From positions 3,808,001 through 3,872,000 of the forward strand of contig OZ242320.1 of NCBI GenBank assembly GCA_965208125.1: a stretch of DNA of 64,000 bases. The letters run 5' to 3'. Below, one piece after another: positions 26,519 through 34,678 of the stretch. Positions within the stretch are counted from its first letter, which is position 1; every line of letters starts with the position of its first letter. The notes under the pieces were generated by a model, which saw nothing but the letters and a program-made list of their open reading frames with translations, had not been told where the DNA came from and searched no databases. The stretch is from Candidatus Latescibacterota bacterium (GTDB lineage: Bacteria; Latescibacterota; UBA2968). The position numbers and the translations under genes are program-made.

Positions 26519-28609
26519 GTGAAAAAGAACCGATTGTTTAATCTCGCACTCTTGTTGGTCACGGCCCTGTTCGTGCAGGAAAGCCTCGCTCAGACCGCCC
26601 TTGGCGTGCAGCATTTACCCGAGGGTGCGAAAGCGCGCTTGGGAAAAGGCTGGATACACGCAATTGCGTACTCTCCGGATGGCACACGTCTTGCCGTTGG
26701 AAGTAGCATCGGTATTTGGCTCTACGATGCACAGACTGGTGAAGAACTCTCCCTGCTCACAGGGCATACGGATAAGGTCAATAGCGTATCGTTTAGTCCA
26801 GATGGGCAGACCCTGGCAAGTGGGAGTAGTGACAAAACGATTCGTTTATGGGATGTGGATACAGGCAACCTTCTCCACACGCTCACAGGGCATCCGTATT
26901 GGGTCAATAGCGTATCGTTTAGTCCAGATGGGCAGACCCTGGCAAGTGGGGGTGATGACAGAGCGATTCGTTTATGGGATGTGGATAAAGGCAGCCATAT
27001 TCGCACGCTCAGAGGACATGAGGGCGAAGTCACTAGCGTATCGTTTAGTCCTGATGGACAATTTCTGGCAAGCGGGAGTTATGACGATACAATTCTTTTA
27101 TGGGAGGTAGCCACTGGCGGTTATTTTCGCACGTTCACCGGACATACGGATATAGTCTTTAGCGTATCGTTTAGTCCAGATGGGCAAACCTTGGCAAGCG
27201 GGAGTAGGGACAAAACGATTCGTTTATGGAATGTGGATACAGGTAGCCATATTCGCACACTCATAAGGCATACGAATACAGTCCTTAGCGTATCGTTTAG
27301 TCCAGATGGGCAGACCTTGGCAAGTGGGGGTTATGACGGAGCGATTCGTTTATGGGAAGTAGCTACAGGCAGCCTTCTTCGCACGCTCACAGGGCATATG
27401 GAGGCGCCTATCAATAGCGTATCGTTTAGTCCAGATGGGCAGACCCTGGCAAGTGGGAGTTATGACGCAACGGCTCGTTTATGGGAAGTAGCTACAGGCA
27501 GCCTTCTTCGCACGCTCACAGGGCATACGGAGGCGCCTATCACTAGCGTATCGTTTAGTCCAGATGGGCAGACCCTGGCAAGTGGGGGTTATGACGCAAC
27601 GGCTCGTTTATGGGAAGTAGCTACAGGCAGCCATATTCGCACGTTCACCGGGCATCCGTATTGGGTCACTAGCGTATCGTTTAGTCCAGATGGGCAGACC
27701 CTGGCAAGTGGGGGTTATGACGGAGCGATTCGTTTATGGGAAGTAGCTACAGGCAGCCTTCTTCGCACGCTCACAGGGCATATGGAGGCGCCTATCAATA
27801 GCGTATCGTTTAGTCCAGATGGGCAGACCCTGGCAAGTGGGGGTTATGACGCAACGGCTCGTTTATGGGAAGTAGCTACAGGCAGCCATATTCGCACGTT
27901 CACAGGACATGAGGGCGAAGTCACTAGCGTATCGTTTAGTCCAGATGGGCAGACCTTGGCAAGCGGGAGTTATGACGCAACGGCTCGTTTATGGGAAGTA
28001 GCTACAGGCAGCCATATTCGCACGTTCACCGGGCATCCGTATTGGGTCACTAGCGTATCGTTTAGTCCAGATGGGCAGACCTTGGCAAGCGGGAGTTATG
28101 ACGCAACGGCTCGTTTATGGGAAGTAGCTACAGGCAGCCATATTCGCACGTTCACAGGACATGAGGGCGAAGTCACTAGCGTATCGTTTAGTCCAGATGG
28201 GCAGACCTTGGCAAGCGGGAGTTATGACGCAACGGCTCGTTTATGGAATGTGGATACAGGTAGCCATATTCGCACGTTCACAGGACATGAGGGCGGAGTC
28301 ACTAGCGTATCGTTTAGTCCAGATGGGCAGACCCTGGCAAGTGGGCACTCTGATAGACTTTTGTATTCGGATGCTAGTGGTATGGTTCTGCTTTGGGATA
28401 TGTCGCCGTATATCGCACCTCAACCCCCTAACCCCGACTTCGACAGCGATGGGATTGTTGGCTTTCCCGACTTTTTGGAATTTGTAGCACAATTCGGGTT
28501 AAGTCAAGGCGATGCGGGGTATAATGCGCGGTTTGATCTGGATGGCGATGGAACCATTGGGTTTGGCGATTTTCTGATCTTTGCCAAAAGTTTTGGTACG
28601 TCAGGATAA
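26519..28609 (+). CDS. Secreted WD40-repeat protein (14 repeats, probably two 7-bladed propellers) with C-terminal paired EF-hand/dockerin-like module
   Basis: AAAGGAG RBS, GTG start, signal peptide, LPEGAKARLGKG leader, 14 SPDG-containing repeats, DFDSDGIVGFPDFL and DLDGDGTIGFGDFL. Confidence 0.95.
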   Translation: MKKNRLFNLALLLVTALFVQESLAQTALGVQHLPEGAKARLGKGWIHAIAYSPDGTRLAVGSSIGIWLYDAQTGEELSLLTGHTDKVNSVSFSPDGQTLASGSSDKTIRLWDVDTGNLLHTLTGHPYWVNSVSFSPDGQTLASGGDDRAIRLWDVDKGSHIRTLRGHEGEVTSVSFSPDGQFLASGSYDDTILLWEVATGGYFRTFTGHTDIVFSVSFSPDGQTLASGSRDKTIRLWNVDTGSHIRTLIRHTNTVLSVSFSPDGQTLASGGYDGAIRLWEVATGSLLRTLTGHMEAPINSVSFSPDGQTLASGSYDATARLWEVATGSLLRTLTGHTEAPITSVSFSPDGQTLASGGYDATARLWEVATGSHIRTFTGHPYWVTSVSFSPDGQTLASGGYDGAIRLWEVATGSLLRTLTGHMEAPINSVSFSPDGQTLASGGYDATARLWEVATGSHIRTFTGHEGEVTSVSFSPDGQTLASGSYDATARLWEVATGSHIRTFTGHPYWVTSVSFSPDGQTLASGSYDATARLWEVATGSHIRTFTGHEGEVTSVSFSPDGQTLASGSYDATARLWNVDTGSHIRTFTGHEGGVTSVSFSPDGQTLASGHSDRLLYSDASGMVLLWDMSPYIAPQPPNPDFDSDGIVGFPDFLEFVAQFGLSQGDAGYNARFDLDGDGTIGFGDFLIFAKSFGTSG
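26757..28345 (+). repeat. Intragenic tandem repeat array of 126/129-bp units
   Basis: Core agcgtatcgtttagtcc at 26783, 26909, 27035, 27161, 27287, 27416, 27545, 27671, 27800, 27926, 28052, 28178, 28304. Confidence 0.95.
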
Positions 28610-28738
28610 AATCAAAGCACTTAATAATGTTAGTATCGTAAATCCGTAGCATTTCACTGAATCAAGTTCAGTGCAGGCTATTGAGCCACTCGTGAACACG
28701 TTTCAAATTTATGTCCGCTATTTTTAACAGTATCATTC

Positions 28739-28969
28739 GAGTCTGAAAGCCTGAAACTGTTGCGTGCGTATCTTCGCAATGAAGATTTAACCGTGGGACC
28801 GCTTTTCAGGACGGGAAAATACAAAGATCAGCGCATGAGTTATATGGCCGCACTCCATCAATGGACGAAGCTGTGTGATCAGGCAGAGGTCAAATGCGAG
28901 ATCCACCAGCTTCGTCACACAGCCGCGACGGAGCTGGTGAACAGTGGCGTAGGACTTGACCATCTTCGA
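28739..28969 (+). pseudogene. Tyrosine recombinase catalytic-domain fragment
   Basis: ESLKLLRAYL...GPLFR...IHQLRHTAATELVNSGVGLDHLR (H-x-L-R-H box) breaks off just before the LGH motif. Confidence 0.85.
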
Positions 28970-29008
28970 GCGTCAGTGTCCTTCCACACACAAGAGAAAA
29001 GGAAAACA

Positions 29009-29551
29009 ATGTCTTTGCCATCAAATGTAACCATCGCAGTACTCAGATATTTTTTAGTTGCTACGGTTATTCTACTGTTCGGTCACAATGTTGATAGCGG
29101 AACCCAGAAACAGATCGTTGACTTTGACTTTCGTAAAGTTAAATGGGGAATGTCTATCGGGTCAGTAAAACGATCCGAAGCTATTCAGGGTAAAAATGGG
29201 AAGCCGCGAGACTTCTACCTAAACACAGAAGAAAAACAACTTATCTACAATGAGTCTTTATTCGATCAACCGTGTCGACTTATATATCAATTTAATACAG
29301 AGAAAAAGTTAGAAGGTGCACAATATCAACTATTGGGCGAAGATGTGAGCGATGAAGTTACGCGGATGCTGACACAACAATACGGTGACTCTATAAATGT
29401 GCCAGATGTGCAAATAGTTTGGTTCTCAAAGGATCAAGATACCATGATCAGATTCATGACAAATGCTCAAATTATTTTTTACGAGCAGATCGATAAGAGT
29501 AAAATCGAGAGTATTATTGACTTTTACAAAAACCAGGCTGACAGCCGTTAA
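29009..29551 (+). CDS. Exported hypothetical protein (FR...WGMS family), AT-rich
   Basis: AAGGA RBS, hydrophobic N-terminus, DFRKVKWGMSIGSVKRSE; in frame with the upstream recombinase fragment but has its own start. Confidence 0.6.
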   Translation: MSLPSNVTIAVLRYFLVATVILLFGHNVDSGTQKQIVDFDFRKVKWGMSIGSVKRSEAIQGKNGKPRDFYLNTEEKQLIYNESLFDQPCRLIYQFNTEKKLEGAQYQLLGEDVSDEVTRMLTQQYGDSINVPDVQIVWFSKDQDTMIRFMTNAQIIFYEQIDKSKIESIIDFYKNQADSR

Positions 29552-29790
29552 GTATATTGCAAATACGAAAACAGACAGGGCTTGACCCGCTTTGGATACT
29601 GTTGCCGAATTCTATACGCAAAAGCAACTAAGGATCATGTTCGTGTCGTAGCCCTGCGCGCCGGTCTCTGCTTCGGACGACCGCGACATTTCCTGATAGG
29701 TGTTCGTCTGGGCACCATCACCATAAATACCATCCAAAATACCCTGTGTTCTTCAGGACATTTTTTATGTGATTTTCCGCTGTAATCCTC

Positions 29791-29850
29791 CTGTTTCATT
29801 ATAGTCCCAACTGTTCCAAATGAAACAGTTACTGTGTCATATGACACAGT
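29791..29850. promoter_or_regulatory. Phased palindromic protein-binding sites (TGT-N10-ACA type)
   Basis: Perfect 20-bp palindrome actgtgtcatatgacacagt (29831-29850), aactgttccaaatgaaacagtt (29809-29830), half-site tgtttca at 29792. Confidence 0.6.
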
Positions 29851-30022
29851 TTTCCACAGGTCCTTTTCCTTGTCATCCGGTGCGGATTAGGGTATCTTTT
29901 CGATAATTCACCCATCTGGGTACGGGATTGATCAGGGTTTAGGTATTTCGGTTATCACGGTTGACGACGAACTTGTAAATTAATAAGGAAATTCAGACAC
30001 AAAAAAATTCAAAGGACTGAGA

Positions 30023-30364
30023 ATGGTACTCAATCTCAAAGAAGCTGGCAGCAAACTCCAGGAATTGGTTCAATCTCTCAGATCTTCTAACGAAGCGTGT
30101 GAAGTTAGAAATGAAGCTGGGCAGATGGTGTCAGTTGTGTTGCCTGTAGAACGCTATCGACTCTATCAGCAACAGTGGGAAAAGGATTTCGTTGCGGTTG
30201 ACCAAATCCGGGATAAGATGAGGGACAATGATCCCGATTACGTCGAGACACAGATCGTGTCTGACTCCGATCCCGTGACGCCATCACCGCTACGTGGCAG
30301 GGTCATTGAATATTTGGATCCGACGGAGCCAGTCACTATAGAGGACTTGGAACTTTTGAAGTGA
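30023..30364 (+). CDS. Orphan Phd/YefM-like antitoxin, apparently chimeric
   Basis: LKEAGSKLQELVQSL...GQMVSVVLPVERY resembles the Phd DNA-binding fold; tail LRGRVIEYLDPTEPV resembles a second antitoxin type; AAAGGA RBS. Confidence 0.55.
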   Translation: MVLNLKEAGSKLQELVQSLRSSNEACEVRNEAGQMVSVVLPVERYRLYQQQWEKDFVAVDQIRDKMRDNDPDYVETQIVSDSDPVTPSPLRGRVIEYLDPTEPVTIEDLELLK

Positions 30365-30427
30365 TTATTCTGGATACGCACCTGTGGATTTGGCTGATCG
30401 AATGTGTGAATTCTTCGGAACGGGAGT

Positions 30428-30628
30428 ATGCCAAAGGTTAGAGACGCTATCCGATTGATCCAGAGGGACGGGTGGCGGCTGGTAAGGACGCGAGGGAGTC
30501 ACCGTCAATACCATCATCCCGATAAGCCCGGAACAGTAACTATTCCGGGTCATCCGGGAGATGATGTGGCACCGGGTACATGGCTGAATATCCTGAGACA
30601 AGCAGGGCTAAGGGAGAGAAACCAATGA
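30428..30628 (+). CDS. hicA: Type II toxin HicA (mRNA interferase)
   Basis: KVRDAIRLIQRDGW, RGSHRQYHHP, VTIPGH, GTWLNILRQAGL. Confidence 0.95.
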   Translation: MPKVRDAIRLIQRDGWRLVRTRGSHRQYHHPDKPGTVTIPGHPGDDVAPGTWLNILRQAGLRERNQ

Positions 30629-30945
30629 AGCTAAAATATGCGGTGGTCTATGAACGCACGCCGAACAACTATTCAGCCTATTCGCCTGATTTGCCGGGCT
30701 GCATAAGCACTGGGGAAACCTGGGAGGAGATTCAGGAAAACATGCGGGAGGCGATTACCTTTCACATCGAGAGTCTGATGGAATACGGCGACCCGGTTCC
30801 CCAACCGCAGATGTCAATTGAGGAGGCAATGGTTTTCCATTGCAAAGCCCTCAAAGAGTACAAGGATCCGATTCCTCAACTGGAGACCACAGTAGGCATA
30901 GCTGAGGTTGAAGTCAAGCCATCACAGGAGGCAAGGGCAAGTTAA
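30625..30945 (+). CDS. hicB: Type II antitoxin HicB
   Basis: YAVVYE..NNYSAYSPDLPGCISTGETWEE..MREAITFH; ATGA overlap with hicA. Confidence 0.93.
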   Translation: MKLKYAVVYERTPNNYSAYSPDLPGCISTGETWEEIQENMREAITFHIESLMEYGDPVPQPQMSIEEAMVFHCKALKEYKDPIPQLETTVGIAEVEVKPSQEARAS

Positions 30946-30964
30946 TATAAACATAATAAACATA

Positions 30965-30992
30965 CTGGACCCCGGCTAACGCCGGAGTGACG
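30965..30992 (-). repeat. CGTC-family REP-like palindrome
   Basis: Reverse complement CGTCACTCCGGCGTTAGCCGGGGTCCAG: CGTC start, CCGGC/GCCGG hairpin, TCCAG end. Confidence 0.65.
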
Positions 30993-31043
30993 GCGTGCTA
31001 TGCGTGCGGCAGGTTCAATGATTTATATCTCTCCTATCTGATC

Positions 31044-31826
31044 CTAAACATTTTCCAGTATATCCCTCATCGCTTTTCCCTCTTCGCGGAACCATTGCAT
31101 TAAAATGCTTACATCGGTTCCCACGCAAAAGTGTTTCACGCCCATGTCCAAATATCGCTTCGCACCTCTGGCGTCTCCGAGTTCCGCCCGGGGTGCGATG
31201 CCCATTTTAAGCGATGTTTCGATCACGTATTTTTCGGCTTCTTGCACCTTTTCCCTATCATAGCCCGTGTTCAGAGAATAATCTCCTGGCCCGAATTGTA
31301 TCATATCTAAGCCCGGCACGGAGAGCAGTGCTTCCAAATTTTCGACCGCTTCCTTCTTTTCGATCATGATCGCAACAACGGAATCGCGACACGACTGAAT
31401 AAATTCAGCCCCCCCTGTATCTACACCGAACCGCACGTATCGGCGCATATTCACCCCGTGATGCCCGCCATCTTCTGGCGTGTCGGGACGCACGGCTGCC
31501 ACACAGGCTGCCACATCTTCTACTGTACGCACATCGGCGAATAAAACATTTTGAATACCCGCACCTATGGCGCGGTTTGCAATGTGCCCACGCGGATCTT
31601 CCTCGACCTTGATCATCGCCGACATATCGTCGAATAGATCGATAGCCCGCCCGATATTATCCATTGTGTGTAAATCATAAGGGGCGTATTCCGATACGTA
31701 TTCGATATAATCGAACTGTCCTGAATATCCCACCATTTCAAATACCGATGGCCACGGGCTGTGTACGTGGGTTCCCAAGCTGGGTCGATCGGCATCGAGC
31801 AGTTCTCTCAGTTTATTTCGGCGCAT
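31044..31826 (-). CDS. HpcH/HpaI aldolase family protein
   Basis: EYVSEY, GIQNVLF, IMIEK, QFGPGDYS, VGTD; AAGGAGG RBS before ATG 31826. Confidence 0.88.
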   Translation of the reverse strand: MRRNKLRELLDADRPSLGTHVHSPWPSVFEMVGYSGQFDYIEYVSEYAPYDLHTMDNIGRAIDLFDDMSAMIKVEEDPRGHIANRAIGAGIQNVLFADVRTVEDVAACVAAVRPDTPEDGGHHGVNMRRYVRFGVDTGGAEFIQSCRDSVVAIMIEKKEAVENLEALLSVPGLDMIQFGPGDYSLNTGYDREKVQEAEKYVIETSLKMGIAPRAELGDARGAKRYLDMGVKHFCVGTDVSILMQWFREEGKAMRDILENV

Positions 31827-32110
31827 GTTTCCTCCTTGAAAGTATTGTTGCACATGTCAGTGCGTTTCATTTCTTATCAATACACAAAAATAATAAAAAA
31901 ATCCAGTGGTCTTCTCTGTGCTCGCGTCCAGACCCCGACAATTTTGGGTTGTCTCTTGAACATGATGAAGTTATACTATTAGCAGGGATTATAAAATTCA
32001 TTTTTTAGGGGAATATCTAAGATAAATTGTTGAAAAACATTGTCTTGTTATTCTGGTGATAGGGACAGAGCAAGCGTAACCAATGAGGTATTTCAGCAAA
32101 GGGGGAAATA

Positions 32111-33499
32111 ATGTCGAACACCGATATTGCGTTAATGGCCCACCTGATGCGTCGAGCCGGGTTTGGGGCCACGAGAACAGAACTGGAGGACTATGTCGAA
32201 AAGGGCTACGAAAACGTCGTGGAAGACCTGGTTGAGCCGGAGCGCTGCGATCCCATAGATGAGGATATTTTAAGCCGCTATTTTGGCAGTTTTGAAGCGG
32301 GATATGTGGAAAAATGGATGTATCGAATGATCCGCAGCAAGCGCCCGCTCGAAGAAAAGATGGCTCTTTTCTGGCATCACGTATTCGCCACCGGGCTTGG
32401 AAAAAATCAGCATATCCTCGCCTCTGCCCGCCAGATCGATACCTTCCGGCGCGTGGGTCTTTCAAATATGCGGGAAATTCTGCTCGAGCTGTCCAAAGAT
32501 CCGGCTATGATCTTCTGGTTGGATAACAATGAAAATCGCAAGGGCGAGCCTAATGAGAACTACGGCAGGGAGTTGTTGGAACTCTTCTCGATGGGCGTTG
32601 GCAATTACACAGAAGACGATATTAAGAATTGTGCCCGCGCCTTTACGGGATGGACATTCGCGCAGCCGCCGCCCCTGTATCCGCAAGGCTATTACGATGC
32701 GAAATTCGTTTTCCTCGAAGAAGACCACGATGATGGCGAGAAGACGTTTCTGGGGCATACGGGCAATTTCAACGGCGATGATATCATCGATATCATAGTC
32801 GAACAGCCTGCCTGTGCCAAATTCATATCCAGGCACCTCTACAACTTTTTTGTCGCAGACGAGCCGCAGGTCCCATCCTGGCATGTGACTCCGCCGCAGG
32901 ATCCCGATGCGATTGAAACCCTGTCAAACGCTTTCATGGAGTCGAAAGGCAATATGCGCCACATCCTGAGAACGCTCTTTAATTCTGATTTCTTCAAAGA
33001 CGCGCTCGGGAAAAAAGTGAAAAGTCCGACAGAACTCGTTACGGGCATCCTGAAGCTGATCGGCACCTATCAGCGTCCCGATCCAGGTATGGGAAGATAT
33101 TCGGGCGCTACCACGTTAATGGGGCAGAAATTGTTGGATCCTCCGACTGTGGAAGGCTGGCACACCGGTAGGGAATGGATTGATGGCGGCACACTGACCG
33201 AGCGCGTGAATTTCGCCGTTCGCGAGGTAAGTGATGCGTCCAGGCCGGGTATTGGCGAAATCATCAATCGGATCAAAGCCGAGGGGAGGGCACTCGCTCC
33301 TGATGAGTTCGTGGAAAAATGTCTGGATCTCGCAGGTCCTATGATCGTGAGTGATACGACCCGCGAATCTTTGAGCAAATTTGCGGAATCAGGTGGCGAT
33401 CTCGATCTATCTGCGGACAACGGATCTGAGGAGAGTACTGATCGCGTGATACAGATGCTGCAACTCATTGTCGCTTCGAGAGAATATCAATTTGCGTAG
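32111..33499 (+). CDS. DUF1800 domain-containing protein
   Basis: AHLMRRAGFG, LEEKMALFWH, DPAMIFWLDN, PNENYGRELLELFSMG, ARAFTGW, PPTVEGW, SREYQ. Confidence 0.92.
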   Translation: MSNTDIALMAHLMRRAGFGATRTELEDYVEKGYENVVEDLVEPERCDPIDEDILSRYFGSFEAGYVEKWMYRMIRSKRPLEEKMALFWHHVFATGLGKNQHILASARQIDTFRRVGLSNMREILLELSKDPAMIFWLDNNENRKGEPNENYGRELLELFSMGVGNYTEDDIKNCARAFTGWTFAQPPPLYPQGYYDAKFVFLEEDHDDGEKTFLGHTGNFNGDDIIDIIVEQPACAKFISRHLYNFFVADEPQVPSWHVTPPQDPDAIETLSNAFMESKGNMRHILRTLFNSDFFKDALGKKVKSPTELVTGILKLIGTYQRPDPGMGRYSGATTLMGQKLLDPPTVEGWHTGREWIDGGTLTERVNFAVREVSDASRPGIGEIINRIKAEGRALAPDEFVEKCLDLAGPMIVSDTTRESLSKFAESGGDLDLSADNGSEESTDRVIQMLQLIVASREYQFA

Positions 33500-33520
33500 C
33501 GCACGGAAAGGAGGAATAAA

Positions 33521-34657
33521 ATGGCTTATAGAGACCCGATCCTCGTCATTGTTGAGTTGAAGGGCGGCAATGACTTCATGAATACGATTATCCCTTATAC
33601 CAACGGCATATACCACGATTGTCGGCCCATTGTGGGGCTTCGTCAGGATGAGGTTTTGCCGATGAACGATACTCTGGCCTGGCATCCCAATACGGTGCCC
33701 CTGAAGGAGATGTTTGAGCAGGGTGATGTGGCGATTGTGCAGGGTATCGGGTATCCCGACTCGAGCCGATCGCATTTCAGGGCTATGGATGTCTGGCACA
33801 CGTGTGAACCCATAGATATCGGCACTGAAGGCTGGTTGGGCAGAGTGGTTCGAGATCTGGATCCGAAGGGGGAAAATGTCTTGACGGGCATTAACTTTGG
33901 AAAAGGACTTTCCAGGGCGCTGGCCGTTTCCGGCGTTCCCGTGACATCTGTTGACGATCTCGACAATTACGGCTTGATGACCAGCATCAAAGAAGATCCA
34001 AAGCGAATGCAGGCTATTGAAATATTCAAGACTATGTACGAACCTGCGATTGGTACGGGGGTGGTGATGGATTATCTTTCGCAAACGGGTCTGGATGTCA
34101 TCAGAGGTTCCGATGAGTTGAAGAAGGCTCCGGCAATGTATCAGTCCGATGTGGAGTACGGCAGCAATTCGATTGCGAAGGCACTGCGGGATGTCGCGCG
34201 TGTTCACCTTGCCGGTCTCGGCACAAGGATCTTTTACACGCAGCACGGGGGCTATGACCACCATGCAAATGAAATGCCGTCACATCCCAAGTTGCTGACG
34301 GAGTTATCGGAAGCAATCCGCGATTTCTTCCGGGATTTGCGAAACCACAATGCTTCACAAGAGATTGTCATGCTCGTTTTCTCAGAGTTTGGGCGACGCA
34401 TGAGGGATAACGCCAGTGGTACGGATCACGGTACAGGTGGCGGTGCCTTTATCATCGGTGATGGTGTGAATGGTGGGCTATATGCAGAATATCCCTCTCT
34501 TGACCCTTCTCGATGGGCCAATGGCGAAGACCTTGAGCATACAATTGACTTCCGCGGCATATACGCAACGCTCCTGGAGCAATGGATGGGAATGGATGCC
34601 ACCCCGATTGTGGATGGGACATTTGAACAGATCCAGCCTTTTAAAGAGGCCATGTGA
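33521..34657 (+). CDS. DUF1501 domain-containing protein lacking a Tat signal
   Basis: LKGGND, SRSHF, GWLGR, GGYDHH, SEFGRR, GTDHG, DFRGIYATLL; AGGAGG RBS. Confidence 0.92.
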   Translation: MAYRDPILVIVELKGGNDFMNTIIPYTNGIYHDCRPIVGLRQDEVLPMNDTLAWHPNTVPLKEMFEQGDVAIVQGIGYPDSSRSHFRAMDVWHTCEPIDIGTEGWLGRVVRDLDPKGENVLTGINFGKGLSRALAVSGVPVTSVDDLDNYGLMTSIKEDPKRMQAIEIFKTMYEPAIGTGVVMDYLSQTGLDVIRGSDELKKAPAMYQSDVEYGSNSIAKALRDVARVHLAGLGTRIFYTQHGGYDHHANEMPSHPKLLTELSEAIRDFFRDLRNHNASQEIVMLVFSEFGRRMRDNASGTDHGTGGGAFIIGDGVNGGLYAEYPSLDPSRWANGEDLEHTIDFRGIYATLLEQWMGMDATPIVDGTFEQIQPFKEAM

Positions 34658-34678
34658 TATTGAAAAGGGAGGTGAATT

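Noticed and set aside
26757-28345. Regularly spaced conserved DNA repeats suggesting a CRISPR array
   Set aside because: The period is 126/129 bp, in frame within a WD40 ORF; the intervening sequences are homologous to each other and no cas genes are present.
26519-28609. Diversity-generating retroelement target
   Set aside because: No reverse transcriptase or separate template repeat in the window, and differences between repeats are block swaps rather than adenine-specific changes.
26153-29551. Integron with gene cassettes
   Set aside because: No intact IntI and no convincing attC (paired RYYYAAC...GTTRRRY with internal dyad) after either cargo gene.
28760-29551. Single 263-aa functional integrase as given in the ORF track
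   Set aside because: Only about 70 aa are recombinase-like and lack the catalytic Tyr region; the rest has its own RBS, ATG and signal-like N-terminus.
29582-29847. Small ORFs or a structured ncRNA such as 6S in the intergenic gap
   Set aside because: No recognisable protein motif or good RBS, and I could not establish a long self-complementary fold by eye.
29812-29858. parS sites or oriC (parS-like 16-mer plus one TTTTCCACA DnaA-box match)
   Set aside because: The central CG of parS is missing, there is only one DnaA-box match, and no dnaA/parAB genes are in the window; kept only as unexplained palindromes.
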